Of a stretch of 64,000 bases of DNA, positions 8,225 through 18,601 are shown piece after piece. The notes below the pieces were generated by a model that saw only the letters and a program-made list of their open reading frames with translations, had not been told where the DNA came from and ran no database searches. Both the position numbers and the translations under genes were made by a program. Position 1 is the stretch's first letter, and each line of letters starts with the position of its first letter. The DNA is from an uncultured Methanosarcinales archaeon (lineage in GTDB: Archaea > Nanobdellota > Nanobdellia > Woesearchaeales > GW2011-AR4), in assembly GCA_964396095.1 (NCBI GenBank), contig CAYNCK010000024.1:8079-72078 (forward strand). Direction: 5' to 3'.

Positions 8225-9339
8225 AATCTTGCCTTGTCAAGCATGCCTATAATCCGGTTGTTTATTCCTGATTTGTTCCTGAAGCCGAAATCAAAAAATG
8301 CTGCAAAATCAGAATGCTTAAGCCGTGATGCAAGCTCTGCCTGTTTATTCAGTATTCTTATTCTTTCGCCAATAACATCACTATCCTTAAGCTCATAATC
8401 AATGCTGCCAGCCATGTTACTTCTTATGTAGCTGCTGATGAGTCCATTATTCTTTGCATATTCACAAATCTGCGCAGATAATTCCAATGGAAGGATTGAA
8501 TAAAATTTTTTGCCTGATTTAATCAAGTCCGACATTTTTTTCAATGCATCATCCCTATTCCATTCTTTTGAAAACAGGCTTCGGTTTTTAATTCCGTTAT
8601 ATATTATCTGGTTTCCTGACATTATTTTTACAATTCCATCCTTAATCAACAACGCCTTAAACCTTTCTGTTATTTCCAATGTGATTGCTGCAGCATCTTT
8701 GTTTAGCGAAGCAAGCAAATTAAAATCTTTTTTCTCAAACCAGTTTTTTCTTAAACTGTCTATGAGCTTCAGCTTTTCATTCCAGCCGCATTTTTCATTT
8801 GTAAGGCTTTCAAGAATGCCTGTGCTGTATTTCAATGAGTTGAGCCTTAGCAAGGTATTTCTCACATTTATTTTTTTTGTCACAACCTGCTCAAGAAAAT
8901 CCCTTGGATAATGCCTTACTATTATATCATTGAGGAGAGTAGTGTCTGCATATTTATTTTCAGCAGGAGTAAGGTTTTTTATTCTTATGTTTTTTCCGTA
9001 CAAAAGCTTGAAGCTTGTGTTCCTGTAGACATATCTTACGCTTTGAAGCGATTCCTTGTCAATGAAGATAAACGGATGTGACATAAGGTATTTTGTTTTT
9101 GAGTTAAGAAAGTAATAGCTTCGCTTGAAAATTGGCATGGGTTTTTCTGCATTATTACTAAAAACTAGTAGCAAGTCCATGTCTGAAATTCCCGGAACAG
9201 AAGGGTCGCCCCAGTTGTAAATTGATGTAAGATTCCGTATTTTTGAATATTTTTCAATCACGATGCTTGCAGCTTTCTTGTAATCTAAGATGCCGCACTC
9301 TACTGGCAGGTTAAAAAACTTATAATTTTCTTTTTGCAT
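8221..9339 (-). CDS. Pol-beta-type nucleotidyltransferase-fold protein, unknown substrate
   Basis: [18 protein letters not shown] fits the G[SG]-x(n)-D-x-D NTase signature and is followed by a long helical region. Last gene of the flippase operon. Confidence 0.5.
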   Translation of the reverse strand: MQKENYKFFNLPVECGILDYKKAASIVIEKYSKIRNLTSIYNWGDPSVPGISDMDLLLVFSNNAEKPMPIFKRSYYFLNSKTKYLMSHPFIFIDKESLQSVRYVYRNTSFKLLYGKNIRIKNLTPAENKYADTTLLNDIIVRHYPRDFLEQVVTKKINVRNTLLRLNSLKYSTGILESLTNEKCGWNEKLKLIDSLRKNWFEKKDFNLLASLNKDAAAITLEITERFKALLIKDGIVKIMSGNQIIYNGIKNRSLFSKEWNRDDALKKMSDLIKSGKKFYSILPLELSAQICEYAKNNGLISSYIRSNMAGSIDYELKDSDVIGERIRILNKQAELASRLKHSDFAAFFDFGFRNKSGINNRIIGMLDKARF

Positions 9340-10618
9340 TTTTCTTTATTTTGCCCCATGCCTCTTCAGAAAGGCTGAGCATATTTTTTATTATTTTCTC
9401 AGAATTAATTTTATTTGAATTGTTAAAAATATCCATGACCTTGGAGTTTAGCCTGTAATAAAGGAGCGGATTTTGCTTTGAAAATAATCCCGATAAATGC
9501 AGTTTCCCCGAAGGCTTCCATTTTTTTCTTATGGAACTTACTTCATCAATGATTTTCCACGTTGTTTCAGGAAAATCCCTTCTTGCTATGTCAAATGCAA
9601 ATTTTTTGTAAACAAGAGTTCCCTTTGCCTGCAAGTATAATGACGGAAATAATGTAATGCTGTGCAGCAGCGTCTTTGTATCATAGCTTCCAAGCCTGAA
9701 TATTTTTTCTTCATTCAGCCTTCTGAAATAGCTTACAAAATAAAATAGCCTTTCCATCGCCTCGCTTGAATAATCCCTTGCTGAAAATCCCATTATCTTG
9801 TCGTCTTCAAAAAATGATCTTGCGTATTTCAGAACAGGTACTGGAAAATAAGCCTGGCAATAATTGCCTATGTCATATTCGCTAATTATTATAGTGCCAT
9901 GGTGCTGCAATGGGTCAATTTTGTAAAAATAATATCTCATACGATAAATCTTATTCCTCAGCTCAAGCAACAATTTTGGATCACTTATGGTTTCTTTTGA
10001 GACAAAGCTTAATGTGTCAACATCACTCCAGCCCTTGATGTAGTCATTTGTCGCAAGGCTTCCGTGAAGGTAGAATCCTTTAAGGTGCTGCCTCAGGTTT
10101 TTGTCTGCATATTCCTTAATCTCTTTCAGCGGCTTTAGGTACTCCAGGTCATTTTTGACATAATCATTTAAATTAAATTCCTCACAAGCTAATTTTTTGA
10201 TCAATTTCAAATTTTTGTTTTTTATTTTAGAAAGATCCCGGTACAATGCCGATAATATTCCTGCAAAATTGCTATTGCCTATTTTTTTGTTGAATTTGGT
10301 GATGCTGTTGCTGAAATCATGGCCGTTATTTTGCAAAAATAACGCAACTTTCTCCAGACTTCTTATTTTTCTAATATTATTTTTTGATATGTCCTTTACG
10401 GCAGGATAGAGCAGATACCCCTTGTAAGAAAACCCGCCGTTAAGGAACGAGTGCAGAAGCGAATTCAGCTCGTTCTGCAGAAACCTTGCTGCATAATCGG
10501 AATCGATGCCTCCGCTGTTCAAATTTTGGTCGACAAAATATTTGGGAATTATATGCCTAAGCAAAAGTTCTTCGTCATCAGCAACAAAATAATCACAAAT
10601 TTGCCTGAATTTTTTCAT
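9320..10618 (-). CDS. Pol-beta-type nucleotidyltransferase-fold protein with ~185-aa N-terminal extension, unknown substrate
   Basis: FYLHGSLATNDYIKGWSDVDTLSFV fits the hGS...D-x-D NTase signature. Overlaps both neighbours (20 and 26 nt). Confidence 0.55.
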   Translation of the reverse strand: MKKFRQICDYFVADDEELLLRHIIPKYFVDQNLNSGGIDSDYAARFLQNELNSLLHSFLNGGFSYKGYLLYPAVKDISKNNIRKIRSLEKVALFLQNNGHDFSNSITKFNKKIGNSNFAGILSALYRDLSKIKNKNLKLIKKLACEEFNLNDYVKNDLEYLKPLKEIKEYADKNLRQHLKGFYLHGSLATNDYIKGWSDVDTLSFVSKETISDPKLLLELRNKIYRMRYYFYKIDPLQHHGTIIISEYDIGNYCQAYFPVPVLKYARSFFEDDKIMGFSARDYSSEAMERLFYFVSYFRRLNEEKIFRLGSYDTKTLLHSITLFPSLYLQAKGTLVYKKFAFDIARRDFPETTWKIIDEVSSIRKKWKPSGKLHLSGLFSKQNPLLYYRLNSKVMDIFNNSNKINSEKIIKNMLSLSEEAWGKIKKNAKRKL

Positions 10619-12035
10619 TCCTGAAAATCCTCCTTACGATATCATAATCCTTGCCGTCAAATGCCCTTAGGGCAAGCAAAACCGCGAAATAAACAAGAGC
10701 TGAAAATATAATTGTTAAAACCAATCCGAAGATTGAAAGCCGGATAAATGCATACATGGCTAGTGAGGCTATGGCGGGCTTTGCAAGCAGCCTTGTGAAA
10801 TTGAAAAAATAAAAGCTCTTTGAAACATACCAGAAATACAGGACAATCAAAAGTATTTCTGTTATAAAGGTAGCCCACGCTGCGCCGACATAGCCGAATT
10901 TTGGAATCAGCGCAATATTGAGCCCTATATTGAAGACTGCAGTTATTCCCTGCCCAAGCATCCTTTTTCCCTGCTGGTCTATTGATGAAAGTACAGTTCC
11001 AAGAAGGAAGTTTATGAATTTTATGAACAAATACCATCCAACAATCTGCAGCACAATTATTGCCTCAAAGTATGATTTTCCATATAAAAAATAAACTATC
11101 CTTGACGCAAGCACGTACGTTCCTACTGAGATCGGAAGCCCGATGATGTAAAGGTATTTGAAAGACCTCTCATAAATCAGCCTTAATTCGGATTTCTTTT
11201 CCTTGAAGTATCTTGACATTACCGGATATATTGCATTTGTGTATACAGTTGGTATGAACTGAATTGCAAGCGCGATGTTGTAAGCCACGCTGAATATTGC
11301 AACCTGTGAGTCATTTGTCATCTTTGAAAGGATAACGCTGCTTATGTTGAAATAAATGCTGCCGAATACTAGGGCCAATCCAAATGGCAGTGATTTTTTG
11401 AGCAGGCTTTTCATGAATTGAATGTCAATTCTGATTTTTAATTTTATGAATTTTTTTGATGCAACTGCAAAAGCCGCAATTACGGCAATGAATTCTGTTG
11501 CAACAAAAGCATAGCTGAATGCAATAACGCCATAACCGTTGAATAAAAGGTAGAGGCTTGATGCAGCCAGCAATGTCATCTTGAATATTTTTAGGCACGA
11601 ATCGTAAAACATCATCTCAAAAGCCCTGAATATAGAGAAGAAAAGCTCGGTGAAAGTTAGCAGTATAGTGTATGCCCAAATTATATAGACAATCTGCCTT
11701 GTATCCTGAGGGAAGTTGAGAAGATTTAATGCGGCAAATATTGCCAAAAATGTCAAGATTGACAGCAGAATTTTTGCAAAAAACGCATTGACAAAATATT
11801 TTGATGCAGACTTCTTGTCCCGTGCAATTTCCCTTATCAGAAGGGTGTTTATTCCCATGTCAGCAAGGAATATTGCAATCAGGGAAAGCGACAGCGCAAA
11901 GCTGAATTTGCCGAAATGATCCTTGCTCATAAGCCTCGCAGCATACAGCATGACAATGAATTGCAGCAGCCTTGACACTATCTCTGATGCGCCCGAATAG
12001 AGGCTGTTTTTGTATATCCTTCTCGCCGTTCCCAT
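10593..12035 (-). CDS. Polysaccharide/oligosaccharide flippase (Wzx-like, MOP superfamily)
   Basis: About 12-14 hydrophobic helices across ~480 aa, with the typical N-terminus (LYSGASEIVSRLLQFIVMLYAARLM). ATG at 12035 is preferred over TTG at 12047. Confidence 0.8.
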   Translation of the reverse strand: MGTARRIYKNSLYSGASEIVSRLLQFIVMLYAARLMSKDHFGKFSFALSLSLIAIFLADMGINTLLIREIARDKKSASKYFVNAFFAKILLSILTFLAIFAALNLLNFPQDTRQIVYIIWAYTILLTFTELFFSIFRAFEMMFYDSCLKIFKMTLLAASSLYLLFNGYGVIAFSYAFVATEFIAVIAAFAVASKKFIKLKIRIDIQFMKSLLKKSLPFGLALVFGSIYFNISSVILSKMTNDSQVAIFSVAYNIALAIQFIPTVYTNAIYPVMSRYFKEKKSELRLIYERSFKYLYIIGLPISVGTYVLASRIVYFLYGKSYFEAIIVLQIVGWYLFIKFINFLLGTVLSSIDQQGKRMLGQGITAVFNIGLNIALIPKFGYVGAAWATFITEILLIVLYFWYVSKSFYFFNFTRLLAKPAIASLAMYAFIRLSIFGLVLTIIFSALVYFAVLLALRAFDGKDYDIVRRIFRNEKIQANL

Positions 12036-12132
12036 ACGAAAAACCAATAAATGAAGCTATAAAAATGTTTGCTAACGTCTAAGCCTTAAAAGATGCAAAC
12101 CTTTTTATTCTGTTTTGTTTCATTAAAGCATC

Positions 12133-13302
12133 ATGAAAATATGCATAATCTGCACGTCTTACCCGCGATACAAAGGAGACTATTGGGTGCCGTTTATGCA
12201 CTCATGGGCAAGGGAGCTTGCAAAAACAGAAGACGTCACAGTAGTTACATCAGGAGGCCCGGGCACAAAGGATTTCGAAATTGTTGACAATGTTAAAATT
12301 CACCGCTTCAATTATTTCTGGCCAAAAAGGCTGCAAAGGCTGACTTACAAGGGGGGCATGAAGGAAAGCGTCAAGCAGGAATTGCTGCCAAAGCTGCAGA
12401 TGCCGTTTTTTATGCTGGCATTTATGCTGAAATCATGGAAAATAGCAAGGAAATGCGATGTAATCAATGCCCATTGGACATTATCGGGAATTGCCGCTAT
12501 GCCTTTGAAGATGTTCTGCAAGAAGCCGATTGTATTGACAGAGCACGGCGGAAGCATAAGAGGGTTGCCAAAATCGCTAAACAAGTTCGTTTTTAAAAAA
12601 GCAGATGTCATTACATCTGCACATAATGACATGATAGAATTGATAAGCAAAATGGGGTTCAATAATGTTGTAGATATCAAGAATTTCCTGAACGAGGAAA
12701 AATTTCTTAAGAACCACGACAGGGGAAAAATCAGGAAAGAGCTCAATATCAAAGAAAAGCATGTTGTTACATTCATTGGCAGGTTTGAAGAGCTGAAAGA
12801 CCCGTTGACTTTTGTCCGGGCTATTCCAATGATAATAAAAAAAATTAAAGGCATTAAATTTATTATGGTTGGAGACGGCCACTTAAAAAATGATATAGAA
12901 AATGAGATTAAAAAGCTCGGCATTGGAAAGCATGTCCTGCTGCCGGGCCCTACTTTTGAAGTTGACAAATTCTATTCAATTTCTGAAGTTTTCGTCGCAT
13001 GCAGCTCAACTGAAAACTGCTTTAGCACCACAATACTTGAAGCAATGCTGTCAAAAATTCCGTGCGTGATTACCAAAGCAGGCATGACAGAAAAATTCTT
13101 CGTGCATAAAAAAGATGCATACCTTGTTGAAAAGAAAAATCCCCGGAATTTGGCAGATGGAATAACCTATTTGTTAAAAAATAAAAAATTAAGAAAAGCC
13201 TTGTCAAAAAATGGAATGGAATTTCTTGAAATGAACGGCTTTAGGAACAAAGTTATAATAAAAAAAATTCTGAAAACACTGAATGAAGTACAGAAAAAAT
13301 AA
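12133..13302 (+). CDS. Glycosyltransferase family 4 (GT-B)
   Basis: C-terminal Glycos_transf_1-like block FIGRFEELKD ... CSSTENCFSTTILEAMLSKIPCVITKAG ... YLVE. Confidence 0.85.
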   Translation: MKICIICTSYPRYKGDYWVPFMHSWARELAKTEDVTVVTSGGPGTKDFEIVDNVKIHRFNYFWPKRLQRLTYKGGMKESVKQELLPKLQMPFFMLAFMLKSWKIARKCDVINAHWTLSGIAAMPLKMFCKKPIVLTEHGGSIRGLPKSLNKFVFKKADVITSAHNDMIELISKMGFNNVVDIKNFLNEEKFLKNHDRGKIRKELNIKEKHVVTFIGRFEELKDPLTFVRAIPMIIKKIKGIKFIMVGDGHLKNDIENEIKKLGIGKHVLLPGPTFEVDKFYSISEVFVACSSTENCFSTTILEAMLSKIPCVITKAGMTEKFFVHKKDAYLVEKKNPRNLADGITYLLKNKKLRKALSKNGMEFLEMNGFRNKVIIKKILKTLNEVQKK

Positions 13303-13304
13303 TA

Positions 13305-14069
13305 TTACAGAAATTTTGGCTCGTAGCTTATTTTGTACTCTTTCCTTAATTCCTTCATTACTTGGTCCAAAGTCCTGAATTCAAAGCCGTCTCTTGTGCT
13401 AAAATACTCCTGTATTGTCCTGCCCCATTTTTTGAAAGGAGTTGGGTGCGTCAGGACTATCAAAAGCCCGTTTGTTTTCCTGCAGGCATCAACAATGTCG
13501 GAGTAAATTGCCTTTATATTCTCGCCCTCGCCCTTGTACAAATTTATAAACTCAATTTCAGGCAAATGTGGAAATTCAATCAGCCCTAGGTCAGTGAGGA
13601 ATGGCTTGAAAAGGCTTATTTTTGTCCAGTTGTCATAGCTCGAATCAGCCTTGAAGTGGTCCTTTATAAGCTTCAGGTCAGGCAAATGATATTGATGGGC
13701 CCTGACTATCTCGGTCTTTTTTCCAATCAGCTCATCAATAATATTCTTTTCTTCAACAACATTTTTGATTCCGTTCCCAATAAAATTAGCATGGTACTGG
13801 AAGTCCCATTTGGAATTATTGCTTATCCATTTTTTTGAAGGGTGCGACATAGCAAGCAAAAACATTGTGGATTTTATTCCGTATTTTTTCTCAATGTCAA
13901 CAATGTTGTCAATATTCGGCTCATATCCTTCATCAATGTCATGTGTAAATACGATTGTTGGATTTCTCATCTCCAGGCTTTTCTTATAATGATCAAGATA
14001 TTTTGTTTTAGCGTATTTTTTTCTCAGCCTTCTTACCGAGGCTGCAAGGAGGTAATGGAGGTATTTCAT
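13305..14069 (-). CDS. Putative polysaccharide deacetylase-like (CE4-like) protein
   Basis: IVFTHDIDEG, STMFLL and VRAHQYH weakly resemble CE4 motif order. ATG at 14069 (MKYLHY), 1 nt after the upstream stop, is preferred over 14102. Confidence 0.4.
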   Translation of the reverse strand: MKYLHYLLAASVRRLRKKYAKTKYLDHYKKSLEMRNPTIVFTHDIDEGYEPNIDNIVDIEKKYGIKSTMFLLAMSHPSKKWISNNSKWDFQYHANFIGNGIKNVVEEKNIIDELIGKKTEIVRAHQYHLPDLKLIKDHFKADSSYDNWTKISLFKPFLTDLGLIEFPHLPEIEFINLYKGEGENIKAIYSDIVDACRKTNGLLIVLTHPTPFKKWGRTIQEYFSTRDGFEFRTLDQVMKELRKEYKISYEPKFL

Positions 14070-14070
14070 T

Positions 14071-15165
14071 TTATCCCAAGAATTCTTTAATCCTTTGTGC
14101 AACAGTTTTTATCTGTTCTTCCTCAAGTTCAGGATACATAGGGAGTGACAAAATTTCATCAGCATATTTTTCAGCAATTGGAAAGCTTCCTTTTTTGTAT
14201 CCCAATTGAGCATAAGCTTCCTGAAGATGTATCGGAGTCGGATAATGAATCCCGGTCTGTATTCCTTTTGAATTAAGGTGCTCAATTAATTTTTGCCTGT
14301 TTTTGACCCTTATAACATACAAATGATAAACGTTCTTGTTATAGTTTTTTTCAACCGGAAGTATAACCTCGCAGTTTTCAAGCAAATCATTGTATATTGA
14401 TGCATTTTTTCTTCTCATCTCCGTCCATGTGTCAAGATGCTTTAGCTTTACCCTCAGAATTGCGGCCTGCATTTCCTCAAGCCTGTAATTGTAGCCTATA
14501 TATTTGTGCACGTGTTTTTTTACCTGTCCATGGTCCCTCAAAGCCCTTAATTTTTCATAAAATTCTTGGTCATTGCTTACAATTGACCCTCCTTCGCCAT
14601 AAGCGCCAAGATTTTTTCCCGGATAAAAGCTAAAGCAGCCAATATCAGAAACAGGAACTCTTTTTCCATGATGCTCTACCCCATGAGCCTGGCAGGCATC
14701 TTCAATTACTATCAAACTATACTTTTTTGCAATTTCAAGTATCTCATTCATTTCAGCGCTCTGGCCGTAAATATGAACGGGAATTATTGCTTTTGTTTTT
14801 TTTGAGATTGCTTTTTCAAGCTTTTTTGGATCCATGTTGTAAGAATCTTCATCAATGTCTGCAAGTTTCGGAGTTGCGCCTGTATAGGAAATTGCAGCGC
14901 ATGTTGCAATGAAAGTGTTTGGAGTTGTTATGACTTCATCCCCTTTCCCAATGCCTTTTGCAGCCAAGGCAAGATGAAGTGCAGACGTTCCTGAATTCAG
15001 CCCAACAGAAAATTTTGCATTGCAGAAAACAGCAAATTCTTTTTCAAAGTTGCTCAGCTGCTCGCCCAGGATGAAGCTAGAGGAATCCAGCACATTCTGT
15101 ATGGCTCTGTCAACATCGCCCTTGATTGAATCATACTGGGCTTTTAAATCTACGAATTTTATCAT
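14071..15165 (-). CDS. DegT/DnrJ/EryC1-type PLP-dependent sugar aminotransferase (WbpE-like)
   Basis: FILGEQLSNFEKEFA, GLNSGTSALHLAL, IEDACQAHG and FSFYPGKNLGAYGEGG (PLP lysine). Confidence 0.9.
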   Translation of the reverse strand: MIKFVDLKAQYDSIKGDVDRAIQNVLDSSSFILGEQLSNFEKEFAVFCNAKFSVGLNSGTSALHLALAAKGIGKGDEVITTPNTFIATCAAISYTGATPKLADIDEDSYNMDPKKLEKAISKKTKAIIPVHIYGQSAEMNEILEIAKKYSLIVIEDACQAHGVEHHGKRVPVSDIGCFSFYPGKNLGAYGEGGSIVSNDQEFYEKLRALRDHGQVKKHVHKYIGYNYRLEEMQAAILRVKLKHLDTWTEMRRKNASIYNDLLENCEVILPVEKNYNKNVYHLYVIRVKNRQKLIEHLNSKGIQTGIHYPTPIHLQEAYAQLGYKKGSFPIAEKYADEILSLPMYPELEEEQIKTVAQRIKEFLG

Positions 15166-15389
15166 TTTTAATTAGGTTTATTTGATTTTTATTTAATTTT
15201 AATGGGATTTATCGTATTGGATTATTTTTAGTAATGGATTTTTCAATTATGGGTCATTTTCTGTAGCATATTCTGATACCTATATTCTTTTTGTAATTTT
15301 TTCCTAGCGCATTGAGAGCTTTTGCCATTTAAATTTTTAAAAATAATCATTAAAATAACTTTTTATTTAATGTTAATACTTATTAAATT

Positions 15390-15866
15390 TTATATCAAAT
15401 CCTTAATTTTTCCGATTACTTTTGCAGGATTCCCGACAGCAATTGAATTTGCAGGAACATCCTTTGTCACAACGGATCCTGCGCCTATCAGTGCATTTTC
15501 ACCTATTGCAACCCCGCAGATTATTGTAGCATTTGCGCCTATGCTTGCCCTTTTCCTTACAGTTGTCTTGGCGACTTCCCAGTCATCCGCGGATTTGATG
15601 GTTCCATCTTTGTTAGTGGCTCTTGGCATTTTGTCATTTGTGAAGCATGCATGCGGCCCGATAAAAACATTGTCTTCAATAACAACCCCTTCGGGGATGA
15701 ATGCAAATGCCTCAATCTTGCAGTTCCTGCCTATCTTCACATTTTTTTGAATCTCGACAAATGCTGCGATTTTTGTGCCCTCTCCAATCTCGCAGCCGTA
15801 TAAGTTGACAAGATCCTTGTGATGTATAATTAAGTTTTTCCCGAGCTTGACTTCATTGCTAATCAT
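15390..15866 (-). CDS. Left-handed beta-helix (hexapeptide) sugar N-acetyltransferase (WbpD-like)
   Basis: Hexapeptide repeats throughout ([51 protein letters not shown]). Confidence 0.85.
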   Translation of the reverse strand: MISNEVKLGKNLIIHHKDLVNLYGCEIGEGTKIAAFVEIQKNVKIGRNCKIEAFAFIPEGVVIEDNVFIGPHACFTNDKMPRATNKDGTIKSADDWEVAKTTVRKRASIGANATIICGVAIGENALIGAGSVVTKDVPANSIAVGNPAKVIGKIKDLI

Positions 15867-16902
15867 TTTGGATCACGACTTTTGTCCCATCATTCTTCAA
15901 AGATTTTTGCACGGCTTCCAAAACCTTCACAACCCTCAATCCTGAATTGCCGTCTGTCAATGGCTTTTTATTATTTTTTATGCAGTCAATGAAATGATCT
16001 GCCATTATGCTTAGTGGCTCTTTGCTGTCAATCTTCGGCGTAAAAATATCCCCTGTCCTGTATGTCAGCGCCCATTGCTCATATGTGTCGTAATGCGGCA
16101 TAGCCGGTATATTATTTTTTTGTATTGTAACACCTTTGTCATATATTTTTATCTTTTCATCCTGCAGTATGTCGTCAAAAACAAGCATCTTTTTGTTTCC
16201 TACAATTGTAGTCCTTCTGATCTTGCACGGGTCAAGCCAGGATATATGCATGTTTGCTGTTATCTTGTTTTCAAAATTAAGGCTTATATGGGCGTCATCT
16301 TCAATGCCGTCCCTTATGTATGACTGCCCTGTTGCCATCACGCTTAATGGCGTGTTGCTGAGATAGTACAAAAGCATTGATATGTCATGCGGCGCAAGAT
16401 CCCACACTACATTTACTTTTTCCTGGAACAATCCCAAATTTACCCTTATCATGTCAATCGTGAGAATCTGCCCAAGCTCTCCTTTTTCAATTATATCTTT
16501 TATTTTTCTCACAGGGCTGCTGTATTCAAAAGTATGGTCAACCATCAAGACTTTTTTATTTTTTTCAGCCAGTTTTATCAGCTCAATTGCATCCTTCGAG
16601 CTGTTTGTTATGGGCTTTTCTATAAGGACATGCTTTCCAGCATTCAAGGCATCTTTTGCGATTTTATGATGAGTTTCAATTGTTGTTGCAATTACAACCG
16701 CATCAACATTTTTGTCTTCAAGAAGTTCCTTATAGTCTTTTGTTGCCTTTATTTTTGGATAAATGTTTTTTATATGGCTCAGCCTGGACTCATTTAGTTC
16801 AGCGCAATAAGTCATTTCTGAATCAGGAATGCTGTTGAAGTTCCTTATAAGGTTCGGGCCCCAGTATCCGCAGCCGATTATTCCAAGTTTTACCATATGC
16901 AC
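15859..16902 (-). CDS. Gfo/Idh/MocA-family NAD-dependent sugar oxidoreductase (WbpB-like)
   Basis: [19 protein letters not shown], the EKP motif (VLIEKPIT) and a C-terminal alpha/beta domain. Overlaps the acetyltransferase gene by 8 nt. Confidence 0.85.
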   Translation of the reverse strand: MHMVKLGIIGCGYWGPNLIRNFNSIPDSEMTYCAELNESRLSHIKNIYPKIKATKDYKELLEDKNVDAVVIATTIETHHKIAKDALNAGKHVLIEKPITNSSKDAIELIKLAEKNKKVLMVDHTFEYSSPVRKIKDIIEKGELGQILTIDMIRVNLGLFQEKVNVVWDLAPHDISMLLYYLSNTPLSVMATGQSYIRDGIEDDAHISLNFENKITANMHISWLDPCKIRRTTIVGNKKMLVFDDILQDEKIKIYDKGVTIQKNNIPAMPHYDTYEQWALTYRTGDIFTPKIDSKEPLSIMADHFIDCIKNNKKPLTDGNSGLRVVKVLEAVQKSLKNDGTKVVIQND

Positions 16903-16946
16903 AGGTAAATATTAGGTATTTAAAAAGATATACTAAACCAAATAAA

Positions 16947-18491
16947 TCAAACAGAACTCTCAACAGCGGCCTTTTCTCCAATATTCTTATTCAGCTTATT
17001 GCTGTATATTAAGTTATTCTTGATCTTCCTCACAGCAGACCAGACTTTTATACCGGCTTTTTTCATTATTCCTCTTGTCGGCTTTGGAAGCCATGCCCAG
17101 TAAGCGAGTGTTCCCAAAACATTGCCGAATTCCTTTCTTGCAATGTACTTTATGACAAATTTTTCGCCAATTTCTAGAGCTTTTTTTCTGTCTTCCTGTG
17201 AGAATTCCGCAGTTTCAATTATTGGCTCTCCGTCCCAGACGCCGAGGTTATTCTGGTATTCCTCTTCCGTCATTGTAAACCAGCCGTTCTTTTTTGCAAT
17301 GTCATAAAATTCAGTCCCGATATAAGGCAAGGCAGAATAAAACCTTACCTCTTCCAGTGGAAGCTCCTGCGCAAGCTTTAGCGTCTGCTTGAAATTTTCC
17401 ATGTTGTCTCCAGGCAGTCCAATTATGAAAAATCCGCCTGCAGGCAGCCCAGCTTCATGCGCAAGCTTTGCAGCCCTTTTGATTTGCTCAACTGTGGCCC
17501 CTTTTTTCATCTTGTTCAAAACATCCTGCACTCCTGACTCAATTCCAAAAGCAATGTAAATGCACCCTGCCTTTTTCATCTTCTGGAACAATTCAAGATC
17601 AGTCTTGTCAACCCTGATTCCGTTTCTCAAGTCCCACTCTATTTTCAAGCCTTTTTCCACAATAAGGTCGCATATTTTCTTGACGCGATTCATGTCAAAA
17701 TTAAATACATCATCATTGAATGCAAATCTTCTGTACCCGTAATTCTTATACCAGTGCTCAAGCTCGTTTGCAACATTTTCAGGAGACCTTGCCCGAAAAG
17801 TTCTTCCCATTGTGAGAAATATTGAGCAGAAAATGCAGCGATGAGGGCAGCCCCTTGATGTGACGATAGGTAGTTTCTTGTCCATGTATTCCTTGAGTTC
17901 GAATAAGTCAAACGCAGGCCTTGGAAGCTCGTCAAGGTTGTCAAGGAAAGGCCTTTCAGCATTAAGCACAAATTCATTTCCTTTCTTGAATCCTATGCCA
18001 AGAATATTCTCCAATGGCATACCTTCCAGAATTTCCTTCAGGCCCATTTCCCCTTCCCTTAAAACAGCAATGTCTGCGCCGGATTGTTTAAGCACTTCTT
18101 TTATTGTCGCAGAAGTGTGGGGTCCTCCGATTAAGACCTTAATATTGCTGCCGAGTTTTTTTACTTCCTTGATAAGCACGTAAACATCGTCATGCCCCTG
18201 CGTCACGGTTGTAGTTGCAAAAAAATCCGGCCTGAATTTTTTAACATAGTCAATGACATACTTGTCGTCATATCCAAATCTCATGTCAATTATTTTTGTT
18301 TCATATCCGCACAAGTCCCTTGAAACTCCTGCCAAAATTGCAATTCCGTAATGGGGGGAAGTTGGCTTGCCCATGATGCCGACAAGTCCGGGAATCACAA
18401 AAAGAATCTTCCCTTTGATTGAGGGAGCATGCAGCAAAACAGACTGTTCAGTAGAAACTTTATGCATAGGCGCATTATTGTTATCTTCCAT
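16947..18491 (-). CDS. B12-binding-domain radical SAM protein (class B rSAM), paralog 1
   Basis: N-terminal Rossmann-like region (KILFVIPGLVG ... VLIGGPHTS), the cluster motif TSRGCPHRCIFCS, then GIESG and FIIGLPGD. Confidence 0.85.
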   Translation of the reverse strand: MEDNNNAPMHKVSTEQSVLLHAPSIKGKILFVIPGLVGIMGKPTSPHYGIAILAGVSRDLCGYETKIIDMRFGYDDKYVIDYVKKFRPDFFATTTVTQGHDDVYVLIKEVKKLGSNIKVLIGGPHTSATIKEVLKQSGADIAVLREGEMGLKEILEGMPLENILGIGFKKGNEFVLNAERPFLDNLDELPRPAFDLFELKEYMDKKLPIVTSRGCPHRCIFCSIFLTMGRTFRARSPENVANELEHWYKNYGYRRFAFNDDVFNFDMNRVKKICDLIVEKGLKIEWDLRNGIRVDKTDLELFQKMKKAGCIYIAFGIESGVQDVLNKMKKGATVEQIKRAAKLAHEAGLPAGGFFIIGLPGDNMENFKQTLKLAQELPLEEVRFYSALPYIGTEFYDIAKKNGWFTMTEEEYQNNLGVWDGEPIIETAEFSQEDRKKALEIGEKFVIKYIARKEFGNVLGTLAYWAWLPKPTRGIMKKAGIKVWSAVRKIKNNLIYSNKLNKNIGEKAAVESSV

Positions 18492-18601
18492 TTTATTGTA
18501 TGAACAAGCCTATTATAGTTTATAAACATTTCTACCTACGGCTCACAAAAATAACTATTTTGCTATTAGAGAATATGCATTCAGTTTATTAGTAAATGTA
18601 T

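Noticed and set aside
12033-12047. Shared TTGGTTTTT-N3-ATG leader (both track ORFs translate as MVFRM) upstream of the flippase (12035) and the HexNAc dehydrogenase (55316)
   Set aside because: There are only two instances, and the sequence is short and AT-rich. This is most simply a coincidence. It was used only to prefer the ATG starts.
12345-12968. 207-aa minus-strand ORF, and the many other 60-150-aa ORFs nested antisense or out of frame inside larger genes throughout the track
   Set aside because: Each lies wholly within a longer ORF that has strong family motifs. Their translations are low-complexity or hydrophobic with no motifs, as is typical of AT-rich genomes.
15322-15750. 142-aa plus-strand ORF
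   Set aside because: It is antisense to the hexapeptide-repeat acetyltransferase. Repetitive beta-helix genes commonly leave long open antisense frames.
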